Shown: positions 1-8,546 of the stretch, piece after piece
Layout: each line of letters begins with the position of its first letter
Position numbering within the stretch: the stretch's first letter is position 1
IMG/VR virus record: IMGVR_UViG_2597490230_000001
Location: 25,917-89,916 of that record
Strand: one strand, 5' to 3'
DNA length: 64,000 nucleotides
Source of the DNA: a virus
Taxonomy: Duplodnaviria > Heunggongvirae > Uroviricota > Caudoviricetes
Program-made: the position numbers and the translations under genes
The notes under the pieces: model-generated
Seen by the model: the letters and a program-made list of their open reading frames with translations, nothing else
What the model was told of the DNA's origin: nothing
Database searches by the model: none

Positions 1-244
1 GCGTAGAACTGGTGTTGAGATTGGTGGTAAGCTTTCTCAGCGTAGACTGCGTAAAGCTAAAGAGGAAGGCTCTGCTGTTACTCGTTCACTGGCTCAAGAA
101 CCTGCAAGCTTCCGTAACAGAGCTGCTGAGGCGGGTGATTTCAAAGGTGGTGCTGCTGAGGCTGCTGCTGATTTAGAATCAATGGGTATTAACACTGGTG
201 GTGCTAGACAGCAAGTTGAAGTGATGTTTGGGGTCGTGAAGTAG
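1..244 (+). CDS. C-terminal fragment of upstream late-region protein (partial, frame 2)
   Basis: Open frame from window start to TAG at 242-244 with Gly/Ala-rich tail; no start inside the window. Confidence 0.4.
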   Translation, partial: RRTGVEIGGKLSQRRLRKAKEEGSAVTRSLAQEPASFRNRAAEAGDFKGGAAEAAADLESMGINTGGARQQVEVMFGVVK

Positions 245-444
245 AGCCTGTAGCTCGTCCAGAAGATACTCCTCCAGTACAAGAATCTGCACCTGTTCAG
301 GAGCCAGAACTTGATGTTTGGGGTCGTCCTCGTGAGTTTACAGACCTTACTGGTCGTAGTGTCCGTGACGCCGAAGCAGAGGCGATTGCTAGACGTCAGG
401 CTGAAGAAGCTGCTGCTAATGAGCCTACTCCTGTAGACCCAGAA

Positions 445-1947
445 GTGGAAGCTGCTGCTCGTGCTCAAAGAGATGCTGCATTGTCTCAAGATGCTCGTGT
501 TCAGTCTAAAAGAACTGCACCTAAAGAAGAACCTGCTAAAGCTGAAGACTTCAACCCAGATAACCAAGCTAGAATCGTTCTTGATGATGGCACAATGGTT
601 GTTATGCGCCCTGATGGAAGCCGTCAAGTCGTAAGGGGACCTCTTGGTGAAGATATTGCAGTAACTCAAGCTCGTGTTGATGCTGAGGATGCAGCTAATA
701 TCAGAGCTCAAGAAGAAGCTGCATTTGCTGCCCGTGAACAAGAGATTGCTTCACGTAACGCTGACAATGCTGCTAATGCCCGTGTTGAATCTCAAAGAAG
801 AAGCCCTGCTGCACCTAAAGATGATGCCGAGGCTGTTGCTCAAGCAATTGTTGAAAGCAATCGTCGTAGAACAGATGAAGCTCGTATTGCTAACGAACGT
901 CATTTGGAAAGTGTTGAAGGTGGTAAATCAGAGACTATTGGCGATGAAGGTTTGACAATCGTTCATGGTTCCGGTAAAGGTGACATGACTGTTGATGATA
1001 TCCAAATCGTTCGTGACGGTCAGAAGCAAGGCAAGAAAGGTCGTAAATATGGTGGGTTCTATGGTGCTAGAGAGGCTGATGTAGCACATGCTGAAGGTTA
1101 TGCTGGCATGACTGGCAGCGACACCCCAACTGTTTATGACGTTAAGGTTAAACCTGGTACTAAAGTCTTCCACAAAGAAGGTGATATTACTAGACTCTCT
1201 GAGAATTATATCAATGACCTGAAATCTAAAGGTTATGGTGTTGTTGCTGGCACTGACCCAAGGGGTCGTGTTGAATACGCTGTAATTGATAAAGATGCAG
1301 TACAGTCTATGAACCCTCGTAAGAAGACACAGGAAGCTCCTAGAGCTACTGAAGAACCAAAAACATCTGAAGCTAAGGGTGAACAAGAGAAGTCCGTGGA
1401 ACCTGAACTTGAGAGTGAAAAACAAGGTGTTAAATCTTCTGATTTAGTTAGAAGACCTATTTCTGATAGATTGGATGAGATTAAAAATCTCCCAACTAAA
1501 GAGAAAAACACCATGCCTATCATTAACGAACAACAGAGACTTCGTCGTCAACTGAAGGAAGTTAATAAGGCTGTAAGTGATAAAGCTACTCAATTGTCAG
1601 TCCCAGAGGAACAAATCTGGAGAATCCTGGAACGTCAGGGCGGTGTTGAAAGAGTGTTCGCTGAGGATAACTCTGCAAGCCGTGGTTTGAATCTGTTAAT
1701 GTCGAAAGACAAAATTGAAGTATCTCGTAGAGCTGAGGCTGAAGCTGCTGCTGCTGAGAAAGCTGTTGACAACGTTGTCGCTCCGAAAGGTGACGGCACA
1801 GTAGTTGACCCAGAAGTTACCATTGCAAACATGAAGAAAGATTTCATGTCCAAAGGTGTTTCTGAAGAAACTTTCAATGAGGCAAGAGTTAAGGCTGCTA
1901 AGGATTTGGGGGTAGTGATTATACACCGACCCAATTGGCAAACGTAG
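445..1947 (+). CDS. Ala/Glu-rich hypothetical protein, possibly virion-associated; frame is open from about 220 upstream of the GTG start
   Basis: 500 aa ORF, low complexity and charged; sits in the late block beside endonuclease and spanin genes. Confidence 0.5.
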   Translation: MEAAARAQRDAALSQDARVQSKRTAPKEEPAKAEDFNPDNQARIVLDDGTMVVMRPDGSRQVVRGPLGEDIAVTQARVDAEDAANIRAQEEAAFAAREQEIASRNADNAANARVESQRRSPAAPKDDAEAVAQAIVESNRRRTDEARIANERHLESVEGGKSETIGDEGLTIVHGSGKGDMTVDDIQIVRDGQKQGKKGRKYGGFYGAREADVAHAEGYAGMTGSDTPTVYDVKVKPGTKVFHKEGDITRLSENYINDLKSKGYGVVAGTDPRGRVEYAVIDKDAVQSMNPRKKTQEAPRATEEPKTSEAKGEQEKSVEPELESEKQGVKSSDLVRRPISDRLDEIKNLPTKEKNTMPIINEQQRLRRQLKEVNKAVSDKATQLSVPEEQIWRILERQGGVERVFAEDNSASRGLNLLMSKDKIEVSRRAEAEAAAAEKAVDNVVAPKGDGTVVDPEVTIANMKKDFMSKGVSEETFNEARVKAAKDLGVVIIHRPNWQT

Positions 1948-2065
1948 TTAAAGTTCTGGCCAAAGGAAAACGGCCGCTAAAGCCCGTGAAGAAGCTAAAG
2001 CGAATAAGCCTAAGGGTGACAAGGTAGTACGTCCTGCGAAGCCTGAGAAGGGTCCTGAGCGCACT

Positions 2066-3292
2066 ATGGAAGACTCTTGGAGGGATATCAACGGCTATGC
2101 TAAGGCAAGTGGTGTTGATGCTGACCCAGAGGTCCAGAAAGCTATCAGAGAGGCAATGAATGCTGGTAACAGAATGCGTTCCCAATTCGCCCCATTAAGT
2201 GATGCGGCTGAACGTAAACTGTATAACATCATTGATAGAGCCGCTGATAATGCGAACAGAGTTCCAGAACAAGCTCGTACAATGCAAGACTCTTGGGATG
2301 AAATTAATGGTTATGCCCAGGCACTTGGTGTTGAAGGTGAGCCAGAGATTCGTAAAGCCCTTAAGAAAGCAATGAATCCGGGTAACAAGAAACGTAATGC
2401 GTTTGGCCCATTAAGTCAAACGAAAGAGCGTGAAATGTACAACGTGATTGACGACTTCATCAAAGGTCAGGAAGAAGCCTATGAGGCTGCTTTGGCTAGA
2501 CCTAAAACTGAGCAACCTGCTGAGTTGGGTGAATGGCGTAAAAGAGTTGCTGACTTGAAGAAACGTCGTGCGAGAGTTTCGAACTTCAATGAATGGCAAA
2601 ATCAGAAAGCCAATGCTCGTAAAAAGGCTGCGGAAGAGAAGATTCGTCAGGAAGATGTTCGTAAAGAGAGACTGGAAGCTGAAGCTAAGAAGGCTGAGGA
2701 AGAGGCTAAGAAAGCCGACGAGGTTGTCGAAGCTCTGAATGAAGCCAAAGCTAAACAAGTTGAGGATGCTAAAGAAGCAGTTAGAGAAGAGTTTGCTGAG
2801 AAGCAAATGGATAATGATGTTATCACTGAAGCTGGTACTAATCTGTTTGAGAAATTGGCAGACCGTGTACATAACACAGATTCACCTGATTATGTCAAAC
2901 TCAAAGCTGTTATGGATGTTATTTCCGAAAACTTGACAACTGGTCCATTCCGCAAGGGTGAACGTGACCCACAAAGAGCTCTGCTGAATGCTCAGAAGGC
3001 GTTGTTTGATGGTTTACAGCGTAAAGCTGAATTCCCTAACAACCCAGAACTCTGGTTGTCTACCACCGAACGTAATGCCATCGGTGAAGCCTACACCGGT
3101 AAGGTAGGTACTAAGGAATATGGTAGCATGTACCAGAAACTTCGTGCAGGTTTGTTTGAAGATGAACAAACTCGTGAGTTCGTGAAGTTCCCAATTGAAG
3201 CTATTAACAAGAAGATTAAACATCTTCGTAAGCGTCAAGAGGGTGTCAGAGACCTCAGCGAAGGGGCAATCAACGTTCAAGATATTAAGTAA
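2066..3292 (+). CDS. hypothetical protein with internal tandem duplication of about 72 aa
   Basis: MEDSWRDINGYAKA...ERKLYNIIDRA repeated as MQDSWDEINGYAQA...EREMYNVIDDF. Confidence 0.6.
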   Translation: MEDSWRDINGYAKASGVDADPEVQKAIREAMNAGNRMRSQFAPLSDAAERKLYNIIDRAADNANRVPEQARTMQDSWDEINGYAQALGVEGEPEIRKALKKAMNPGNKKRNAFGPLSQTKEREMYNVIDDFIKGQEEAYEAALARPKTEQPAELGEWRKRVADLKKRRARVSNFNEWQNQKANARKKAAEEKIRQEDVRKERLEAEAKKAEEEAKKADEVVEALNEAKAKQVEDAKEAVREEFAEKQMDNDVITEAGTNLFEKLADRVHNTDSPDYVKLKAVMDVISENLTTGPFRKGERDPQRALLNAQKALFDGLQRKAEFPNNPELWLSTTERNAIGEAYTGKVGTKEYGSMYQKLRAGLFEDEQTREFVKFPIEAINKKIKHLRKRQEGVRDLSEGAINVQDIK

Positions 3293-3365
3293 TTGTAAGG
3301 AAGGTGTGTAGTGGTCACTAATATAAATGTAACCATTACACATCACTCCTTTAAGGTACTTAATA

Positions 3366-3497
3366 ATGAACGAATACAGACTTCCTTCAGGTAAAAATAA
3401 AGACTTCTGGGAACGCAACTCTGAATCTCGTAAAGAGAGTAAAATTGCCAAGAAGAAGGAAGATAAGAATCAATGGACTCCATACCGGAGTTGGTAA
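3366..3497 (+). CDS. small basic hypothetical protein (43 aa; not in the ORF track)
   Basis: ATG-initiated ORF MNEYRLPSGKNKDFWERNSE... immediately followed by a hairpin plus T-run. Confidence 0.25.
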   Translation: MNEYRLPSGKNKDFWERNSESRKESKIAKKKEDKNQWTPYRSW

Positions 3498-3516
3498 CTA
3501 AATTAGGCTCCCTCGT
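3487..3516 (+). terminator. rho-independent terminator
   Basis: ggctcc-ctcgtg-gagcc hairpin followed by tttcttttt. Confidence 0.5.
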
Positions 3517-3545
3517 GGAGCCTTTCTTTTTATTAGGGTATACGA

Positions 3546-3974
3546 ATGACCAAGAAGCGTTATTTTAAAAAGAAGGAAGCATCTCTTAAAGGTACTGGAT
3601 ACGATTCCTACCTGGAGAAGCATGTCCACCAAAACCTATTACCAAATGCTCGATTCCACGATAAAAGTGACAAGGTTTCTTATACAGTGTCTCACACTTA
3701 CGAGCCAGACTTTGTGGTTGAAAAGAATGGTAAAATCTACTTCGTTGAAACAAAGGGAAGATTTCGAGATTCTACCGAAGCTAGAAAATACATCTTTATA
3801 AGAGACTTTCTGCCAGAGAATGCAGAGCTAGTTTTTGTTTGGGAGAAAGCAGGAACTGTATTCCCATTTGCTAAAAAGAGAAAGGATGGTACAAAAGCCA
3901 CCCATGAGGAATGGGCCGATAAAAACGGCTTCAGGAATTGGGTTCAAACCAACTTTAGAGAGGATGTGCTATGA
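3546..3974 (+). CDS. endonuclease I (T7 gp3-like Holliday junction resolvase)
   Basis: HTYEPDF and FVETKG motifs, overall similarity to T7 gp3 as recalled. Confidence 0.7.
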   Translation: MTKKRYFKKKEASLKGTGYDSYLEKHVHQNLLPNARFHDKSDKVSYTVSHTYEPDFVVEKNGKIYFVETKGRFRDSTEARKYIFIRDFLPENAELVFVWEKAGTVFPFAKKRKDGTKATHEEWADKNGFRNWVQTNFREDVL

Positions 3975-4390
3975 TTTTTACAATCAAAGCTTGGGTAAAG
4001 CAAGTTATACTGGGAGCAGGTATTGTAGCAATACTCTGCCTCTTTCCACTCGGATATAAATATGGGGTTGATGCTGAGAAGGCTGAACAACAACAGAAGT
4101 ATACCAAAGGTCTTGAGAATCTCATTGAATCTTATGGCAGTACTCAAAACCTGTTGAATGCTATTGCTCAGAATCAACAAGTAACTTTATCACTGATTCG
4201 AACTAAACAGGGTGAGGTAAAAGAAGGTGTTCAAGAATACAATAGGACTAATGAGTCTAATGTTCATGGTCTTGATGATAAGTGGGTGCAACTCTACAAC
4301 CAATCTATCAACACAGTTGGGTCTGAATCCGGAGTCAAGGTTGATGGAAAGGGCGGAGCCAAGAAGGACGCTGCAAAAGGGTCAAAGTAA
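3971..4390 (+). CDS. Rz: i-spanin (Rz-like)
   Basis: N-terminal TM segment, coiled-coil Q-rich periplasmic part, ATGA start overlap with upstream gene, Rz1 embedded in the +1 frame. Confidence 0.6.
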   Translation: MIFTIKAWVKQVILGAGIVAILCLFPLGYKYGVDAEKAEQQQKYTKGLENLIESYGSTQNLLNAIAQNQQVTLSLIRTKQGEVKEGVQEYNRTNESNVHGLDDKWVQLYNQSINTVGSESGVKVDGKGGAKKDAAKGSK

Positions 4391-4505
4391 TGGTGTTCAA
4401 CTTTCTATAATCACTGATAACAACATGATTTGTGAAAGAGAAATCAACAAACTCACTGATTTGCAAGATTGGGTATCAATGTTGAAACATGTACCGAAGG
4501 ATTAA
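4227..4505 (+). CDS. Rz1: o-spanin lipoprotein (Rz1-like), embedded in and extending beyond Rz
   Basis: Signal peptide with lipobox LMISGC, Pro-rich, in the +1 frame inside Rz. Confidence 0.6.
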   Translation: MFKNTIGLMSLMFMVLMISGCNSTTNLSTQLGLNPESRLMERAEPRRTLQKGQSNGVQLSIITDNNMICEREINKLTDLQDWVSMLKHVPKD

Positions 4506-4508
4506 GAG

Positions 4509-4540
4509 AAAGGGGATTAATTTCCCCTTTTCTTTTATAC
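4509..4540 (+). terminator. rho-independent terminator ending the rightward late unit
   Basis: aaagggga-ttaatt-tccccttt stem-loop followed by tctttt. Confidence 0.6.
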
Positions 4541-4577
4541 AGTGTAAGATAATAAGAAAACCAGTATTTAGTTCCCT

Positions 4578-4598
4578 TTATTATATGTGGATTTACTG
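4578..4598 (-). promoter_or_regulatory. copy of the conserved promoter-like motif (CAGTAAATCCACATATAATAA) at the convergence point
   Basis: Near-identical to motifs at 32911, 45863, 58205 and 63983. Confidence 0.35.
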
Positions 4599-4599
4599 T

Positions 4600-4935
4600 T
4601 TACTTTTTAGCCACGTAAATGGTCTTTTTAATCTCTTTTGGAACCACTTCGAAGTACTGAGGGTCAGCATATTCCCAATCAGTGAAGTAGCTACCAGAAC
4701 GACCAATCACAACTGAACAGAATACAGTCTTTTCTTTATCAGCGAAGATTGATTCTTGATACTCATACTTTCCTTCGTTAATCCAATCACCCTCTTCGAT
4801 GAGAATAACATCGTCGTCTTTATCCACTTCAACGCAATCATATTCATCATAGGTGTTTTTCAGGAACTCTTCAAGCTGTTCGTAATTCATAAGATTTAAT
4901 CCACTCTTCAATTGTTGGAGGAGAAACTTTTTCAA
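4600..4935 (-). CDS. hypothetical protein
   Basis: 111 aa ORF, last gene of the leftward block. Confidence 0.5.
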   Translation of the reverse strand: MKKFLLQQLKSGLNLMNYEQLEEFLKNTYDEYDCVEVDKDDDVILIEEGDWINEGKYEYQESIFADKEKTVFCSVVIGRSGSYFTDWEYADPQYFEVVPKEIKKTIYVAKK

Positions 4936-5611
4936 TTGCAGCTCTCATTATAGCTGCTCTGTGTAATTTGTCCTGAATCTCAGGAACTTTGACTCTGGTT
5001 TTAGGAACCATAATCGAAACATAAGAACTGTCTGCCGAAGCAAACGGATATTGACTCAAGGCACGAACATCCAAAGCCCTCAAACCATGAATCTTAACAT
5101 CAAACTTGTTCTTAATGTAGATGAAGTCAAATACCTCATCCATACGCTCACGCCAAGCCTTAGAACGAATTGATTTGTGTTTACCCATACAACCTATGGC
5201 AACTCTATCAAAACGCTCACAGAGCCTTCCTAGGCGCTCTAATGAGCCTTCACTATGCCAGACTGGAACAGCCTTACTGATTATTTCTTCGGGGACTTTC
5301 GAGAGGAGTTCGTCGTTTTCCTCATCAGAGCCACCAATAACATCAGGGACAATAAACCAGCTGATACGACCAAAAAGAGAGCTAACCCAGCTATAATACT
5401 TAGACCAGTGCTTGTCCCAATCAACAATTTCACCCTTCCTTGTGGATTTCATCCAAACAGAGAAAGCACCATTGTCAAGAACAAGTTCACAATCTAACTG
5501 AACAATCCTTTTGATTTGGTCTGGTCGATGAAAGGAGACTAGGGCTCCACCTCCACGGTAGAGCGCCTTAATCAACTCATCACCTTCACCGCCCCAAACT
5601 CGGACCTCCAT
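4871..5611 (-). CDS. tRNA-guanine transglycosylase-like protein (putative DpdA-type DNA transglycosylase)
   Basis: VLDNGAFSV resembles the TGT LTDSGGFQV motif; FIVPDVIGG, AIGCMG and IHGLRALD resemble TGT barrel motifs; no Zn subdomain. Confidence 0.4.
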   Translation of the reverse strand: MEVRVWGGEGDELIKALYRGGGALVSFHRPDQIKRIVQLDCELVLDNGAFSVWMKSTRKGEIVDWDKHWSKYYSWVSSLFGRISWFIVPDVIGGSDEENDELLSKVPEEIISKAVPVWHSEGSLERLGRLCERFDRVAIGCMGKHKSIRSKAWRERMDEVFDFIYIKNKFDVKIHGLRALDVRALSQYPFASADSSYVSIMVPKTRVKVPEIQDKLHRAAIMRAAIEKVSPPTIEEWIKSYELRTA

Positions 5612-5817
5612 GAAAGTGTACTGTCAAAACGGTAACTCCTCAAGCTCTTTCTTGACTGCAATGGCTACTGCTTCATCACAAGATGGGCATGACCACATTT
5701 CACCACGCTTTGTTCCGTATCCACTTTCAGCAGCTATTACTGGAACCTTAGCACTACAAGTGCAATTAACATAGCCATCATCGTCTTGTTTTGAAAGGTA
5801 AATCCACAGGCTGTCTT

Positions 5818-6093
5818 TTAGCCATTGACCAATTCCTTCGCCTGTCGCTTAAATGTCTCCAGACCTTCCGTGTCGTCACAGTAGTACAACTCCGCTTCAA
5901 TAAGTGCGTAATGGATAACTTTCAGTAAATACCTTCGATGAAGACCATTCTTATTCTTATGACGAAAGGCATACTTAATCATGTTACACTGTTGGAAATC
6001 CAACTGAGGGTTGGCATGATAGAACTGAATTGGTTGAATTGTGTTGGAACCTTGATAATGAGCCCCACCAACCATAGTGTTTAAAGCACTCAA
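5818..6093 (-). CDS. hypothetical protein
   Basis: 91 aa ORF co-oriented with neighbours. Confidence 0.4.
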   Translation of the reverse strand: MSALNTMVGGAHYQGSNTIQPIQFYHANPQLDFQQCNMIKYAFRHKNKNGLHRRYLLKVIHYALIEAELYYCDDTEGLETFKRQAKELVNG

Positions 6094-6394
6094 GCTTCAA
6101 CCTCCATTGTTTCAATGTAATAGTTATGTTTATGAATACCTAAAGATTCTGCTTTAGCTCTTGCACCTTCTTCTGTGTGGTGCAGACTGCGGACCATAAA
6201 AGCATACTCGCCTTCAACAGACTCTTCTACCATTAATGCGAAAACAACCTGAACCATTATATTACCTCAATGCCCAAGAGATGCCAAGTGCAAATTCTGT
6301 TTGCTTAAGACGTTTGTTAAGACGCCAAGCGTAAATTGTTAATCCGAGGTTGCAAGCAAATGTAACCCCGAATAAGAATTGATAAACTTGTAAC

Positions 6395-6715
6395 TCATTC
6401 ATAAGTAACCTTCAATCTCTTAATTTCAGTGACATTGGGATTTGGTCTTTCATCCCTCATATAAGGCTCCACCATTTGAAACTCATATATTTCACGACCA
6501 AATGGTAATTGAACCGGCTTTTCAAGTTTACGCTGAATTACTGCTGATTCCATCGGACCATTAAAAAGTTCCAACCACTCTGTGAGCCTGTCAATAACTT
6601 CTTGTTGAGCTTTGATTCGATGTTTCATCATTTCATTATCAGCGGATAACTCAATGTTTTTAATCTTTAATTCACGATTCTCTTCGTAAACACCTCTTTC
6701 AGGGTTAGTAAACAT
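6395..6715 (-). CDS. hypothetical protein
   Basis: 106 aa ORF with coiled-coil-like sequence. Confidence 0.5.
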   Translation of the reverse strand: MFTNPERGVYEENRELKIKNIELSADNEMMKHRIKAQQEVIDRLTEWLELFNGPMESAVIQRKLEKPVQLPFGREIYEFQMVEPYMRDERPNPNVTEIKRLKVTYE

Positions 6716-7049
6716 AGCAAGGCTTCCCTTTCTTCTTCATGCAATCAATCATGTGCTTTGTACCCCTTGACTCACCATCCCAGAAGATGATTGCTTGGTC
6801 AGCATATAGAGCCATTTGGGCATTACGAAGCATTCCAGCCTTTTTACCATGAATGTGCCACTCAGGTATGAATCGTTTAATTGGAGCCTTGCAGCGACGT
6901 GCTACACACTCTCCATGCTGGTCTGGACCACGAGCACCACCGGAAACGACTTCGGTAATAGATGCTCGTATCTCTTTGGGAATCTTATTCCACTGAATCA
7001 CGAACTCTTCCCAACTGATATCTCGTGTTCCGGCGATAATCGTTTTCAA
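6705..7049 (-). CDS. SLOG/DprA-LOG-like Rossmann-fold protein
   Basis: SGGARGPD motif typical of the SLOG superfamily. Confidence 0.35.
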   Translation of the reverse strand: MKTIIAGTRDISWEEFVIQWNKIPKEIRASITEVVSGGARGPDQHGECVARRCKAPIKRFIPEWHIHGKKAGMLRNAQMALYADQAIIFWDGESRGTKHMIDCMKKKGKPCYVY

Positions 7050-7454
7050 AATAATTCCTCACCAAAATATTTAATCGCTGCAAATAGTGCTACGAATACA
7101 GCGATTGTTAGGACTATGACAATTACTTCACCACTCATGATGGGCAAATAACCTCATATTCTGTAATTCTGAAGTCAGAACAAGACGTTACTTCAGCATC
7201 ATGCTCTGCCATTTCGAGCAATAGATATACACCCTGGAATTCCCAAGGCTCAAACTCATCAGTGAGTTCGTCGTAATCCATCGTCTCCAAGACGTAAACC
7301 TTCATTTGGGGCTCCTAAGACTGAGATTTCCATTACCTCATAATCTTGGTCTGGGTTCTCTTTAACATACTCCCGACCAACCCTGTCAGCATCTTCTATA
7401 TTCCAGAAGACACCTTTTAGCTGCCATTCAAACTCATTGTATGCTGAGTAAGAA

Positions 7455-7919
7455 TCAGCCGTCACTTGTAATACGGCTACCTTCACAGGACACCCTCTTA
7501 TATTTTAAAACCATCTCATACTGGGATGTAGCTTTGGTGTAAGCTATCCATTCAATCCCATTACTGATTGCAAGTTCCTTCAACCACTTGTAACCACCAA
7601 TGAGAGCCCGCTTGTGCTCGTCTGTGCTGAACGCTACAAGGACACTAAGGCATTCACCTACGTGCATGTCCCAATCCCTGTAAATGGCCATAGAGGCCAC
7701 TATATTGCGTTCATCATCATACACCACATATTCCCAACGGTCAGTGTTTTCAATGATTCGAAGGGTTGTTTGGTAGAATTCAAACGGACTGCGATGGTGG
7801 AAAAGAGGTTGGCCATTGAATACCATTTGAGCGAAGCGAGGAGAGAAACCATAGGTTGTCTGACCAGCGCTTTTTTCAAGTTTTAATACATTCATGGCCA
7901 ACTCCTTAATTAGTCGCAA
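7455..7919 (-). CDS. hypothetical protein
   Basis: 154 aa ORF. Confidence 0.5.
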   Translation of the reverse strand: MRLIKELAMNVLKLEKSAGQTTYGFSPRFAQMVFNGQPLFHHRSPFEFYQTTLRIIENTDRWEYVVYDDERNIVASMAIYRDWDMHVGECLSVLVAFSTDEHKRALIGGYKWLKELAISNGIEWIAYTKATSQYEMVLKYKRVSCEGSRITSDG

Positions 7920-8182
7920 GAACCGCTGAAGCTAGAGCTAGAGTCGCAACTAGAATAGCTGTCAGAGCTGCTAGAGCTTGAACTGTACGTAGAGCTTGAG
8001 TCATATTGAGAATATGTCCAAGGGTCATATGCTGGAGCTGATGCTGAACGAGCATCATCTTCACGGCGACGGCGATAAGTTTCGTTACAGACTGTCTGAG
8101 ATTGACGAGTCTGATGTACTGAACCACAATTAGAGCAACGATTAGTCATTAGTTTTAGCCTCAATACGAGATAATTCACCAA
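7910..8182 (-). CDS. hypothetical Zn-ribbon protein with Ser-rich tail
   Basis: CSNCGS...C motif followed by poly-Ser/Tyr tail. Confidence 0.35.
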   Translation of the reverse strand: MVNYLVLRLKLMTNRCSNCGSVHQTRQSQTVCNETYRRRREDDARSASAPAYDPWTYSQYDSSSTYSSSSSSSDSYSSCDSSSSFSGSCD

Positions 8183-8546
8183 GGGTAGGTGCTTGTGCCT
8201 GACCTACACTTGCATGTTGTGTTTGACCACCAATGGCAGTCGGTTGGTTATACCAATACTCTATTCCACCGGCTCCTGGGTTTCGCCAAGGGATTCCGCC
8301 ACCGCCCGGGTAAGCAATACCCGAACCGGAACGACCTGGGCAAAAATGCGCACCTTGGATGTAGGAGCCGCACGTTGGGCAAGGTTGAGGCCCACGCGAC
8401 GAACGAATAAACCGCTTAGCAGCGGCCAGAAGAACATCATAACCAACATCTGGCTGTAGACCTTCAGCTACAGCAACAGCCCTTTCCAGGGCGTCTAAGC
8501 TTGTATTATTCAATTGGGTTACCTTCTTTGTCACATTCACGGACAT
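8142..8546 (-). CDS. hypothetical Gly-rich protein
   Basis: 134 aa ORF. Confidence 0.45.
   Translation of the reverse strand: MSVNVTKKVTQLNNTSLDALERAVAVAEGLQPDVGYDVLLAAAKRFIRSSRGPQPCPTCGSYIQGAHFCPGRSGSGIAYPGGGGIPWRNPGAGGIEYWYNQPTAIGGQTQHASVGQAQAPTLGELSRIEAKTND

Noticed and set aside
220-244. Canonical -1 slippery heptamer at the late-gene frame junction
   Set aside because: The overlap (agtgatgtttggggtcgtgaag) has no X XXY YYZ heptamer in the zero frame. I kept only the weaker frameshift-or-indel note as a finding.
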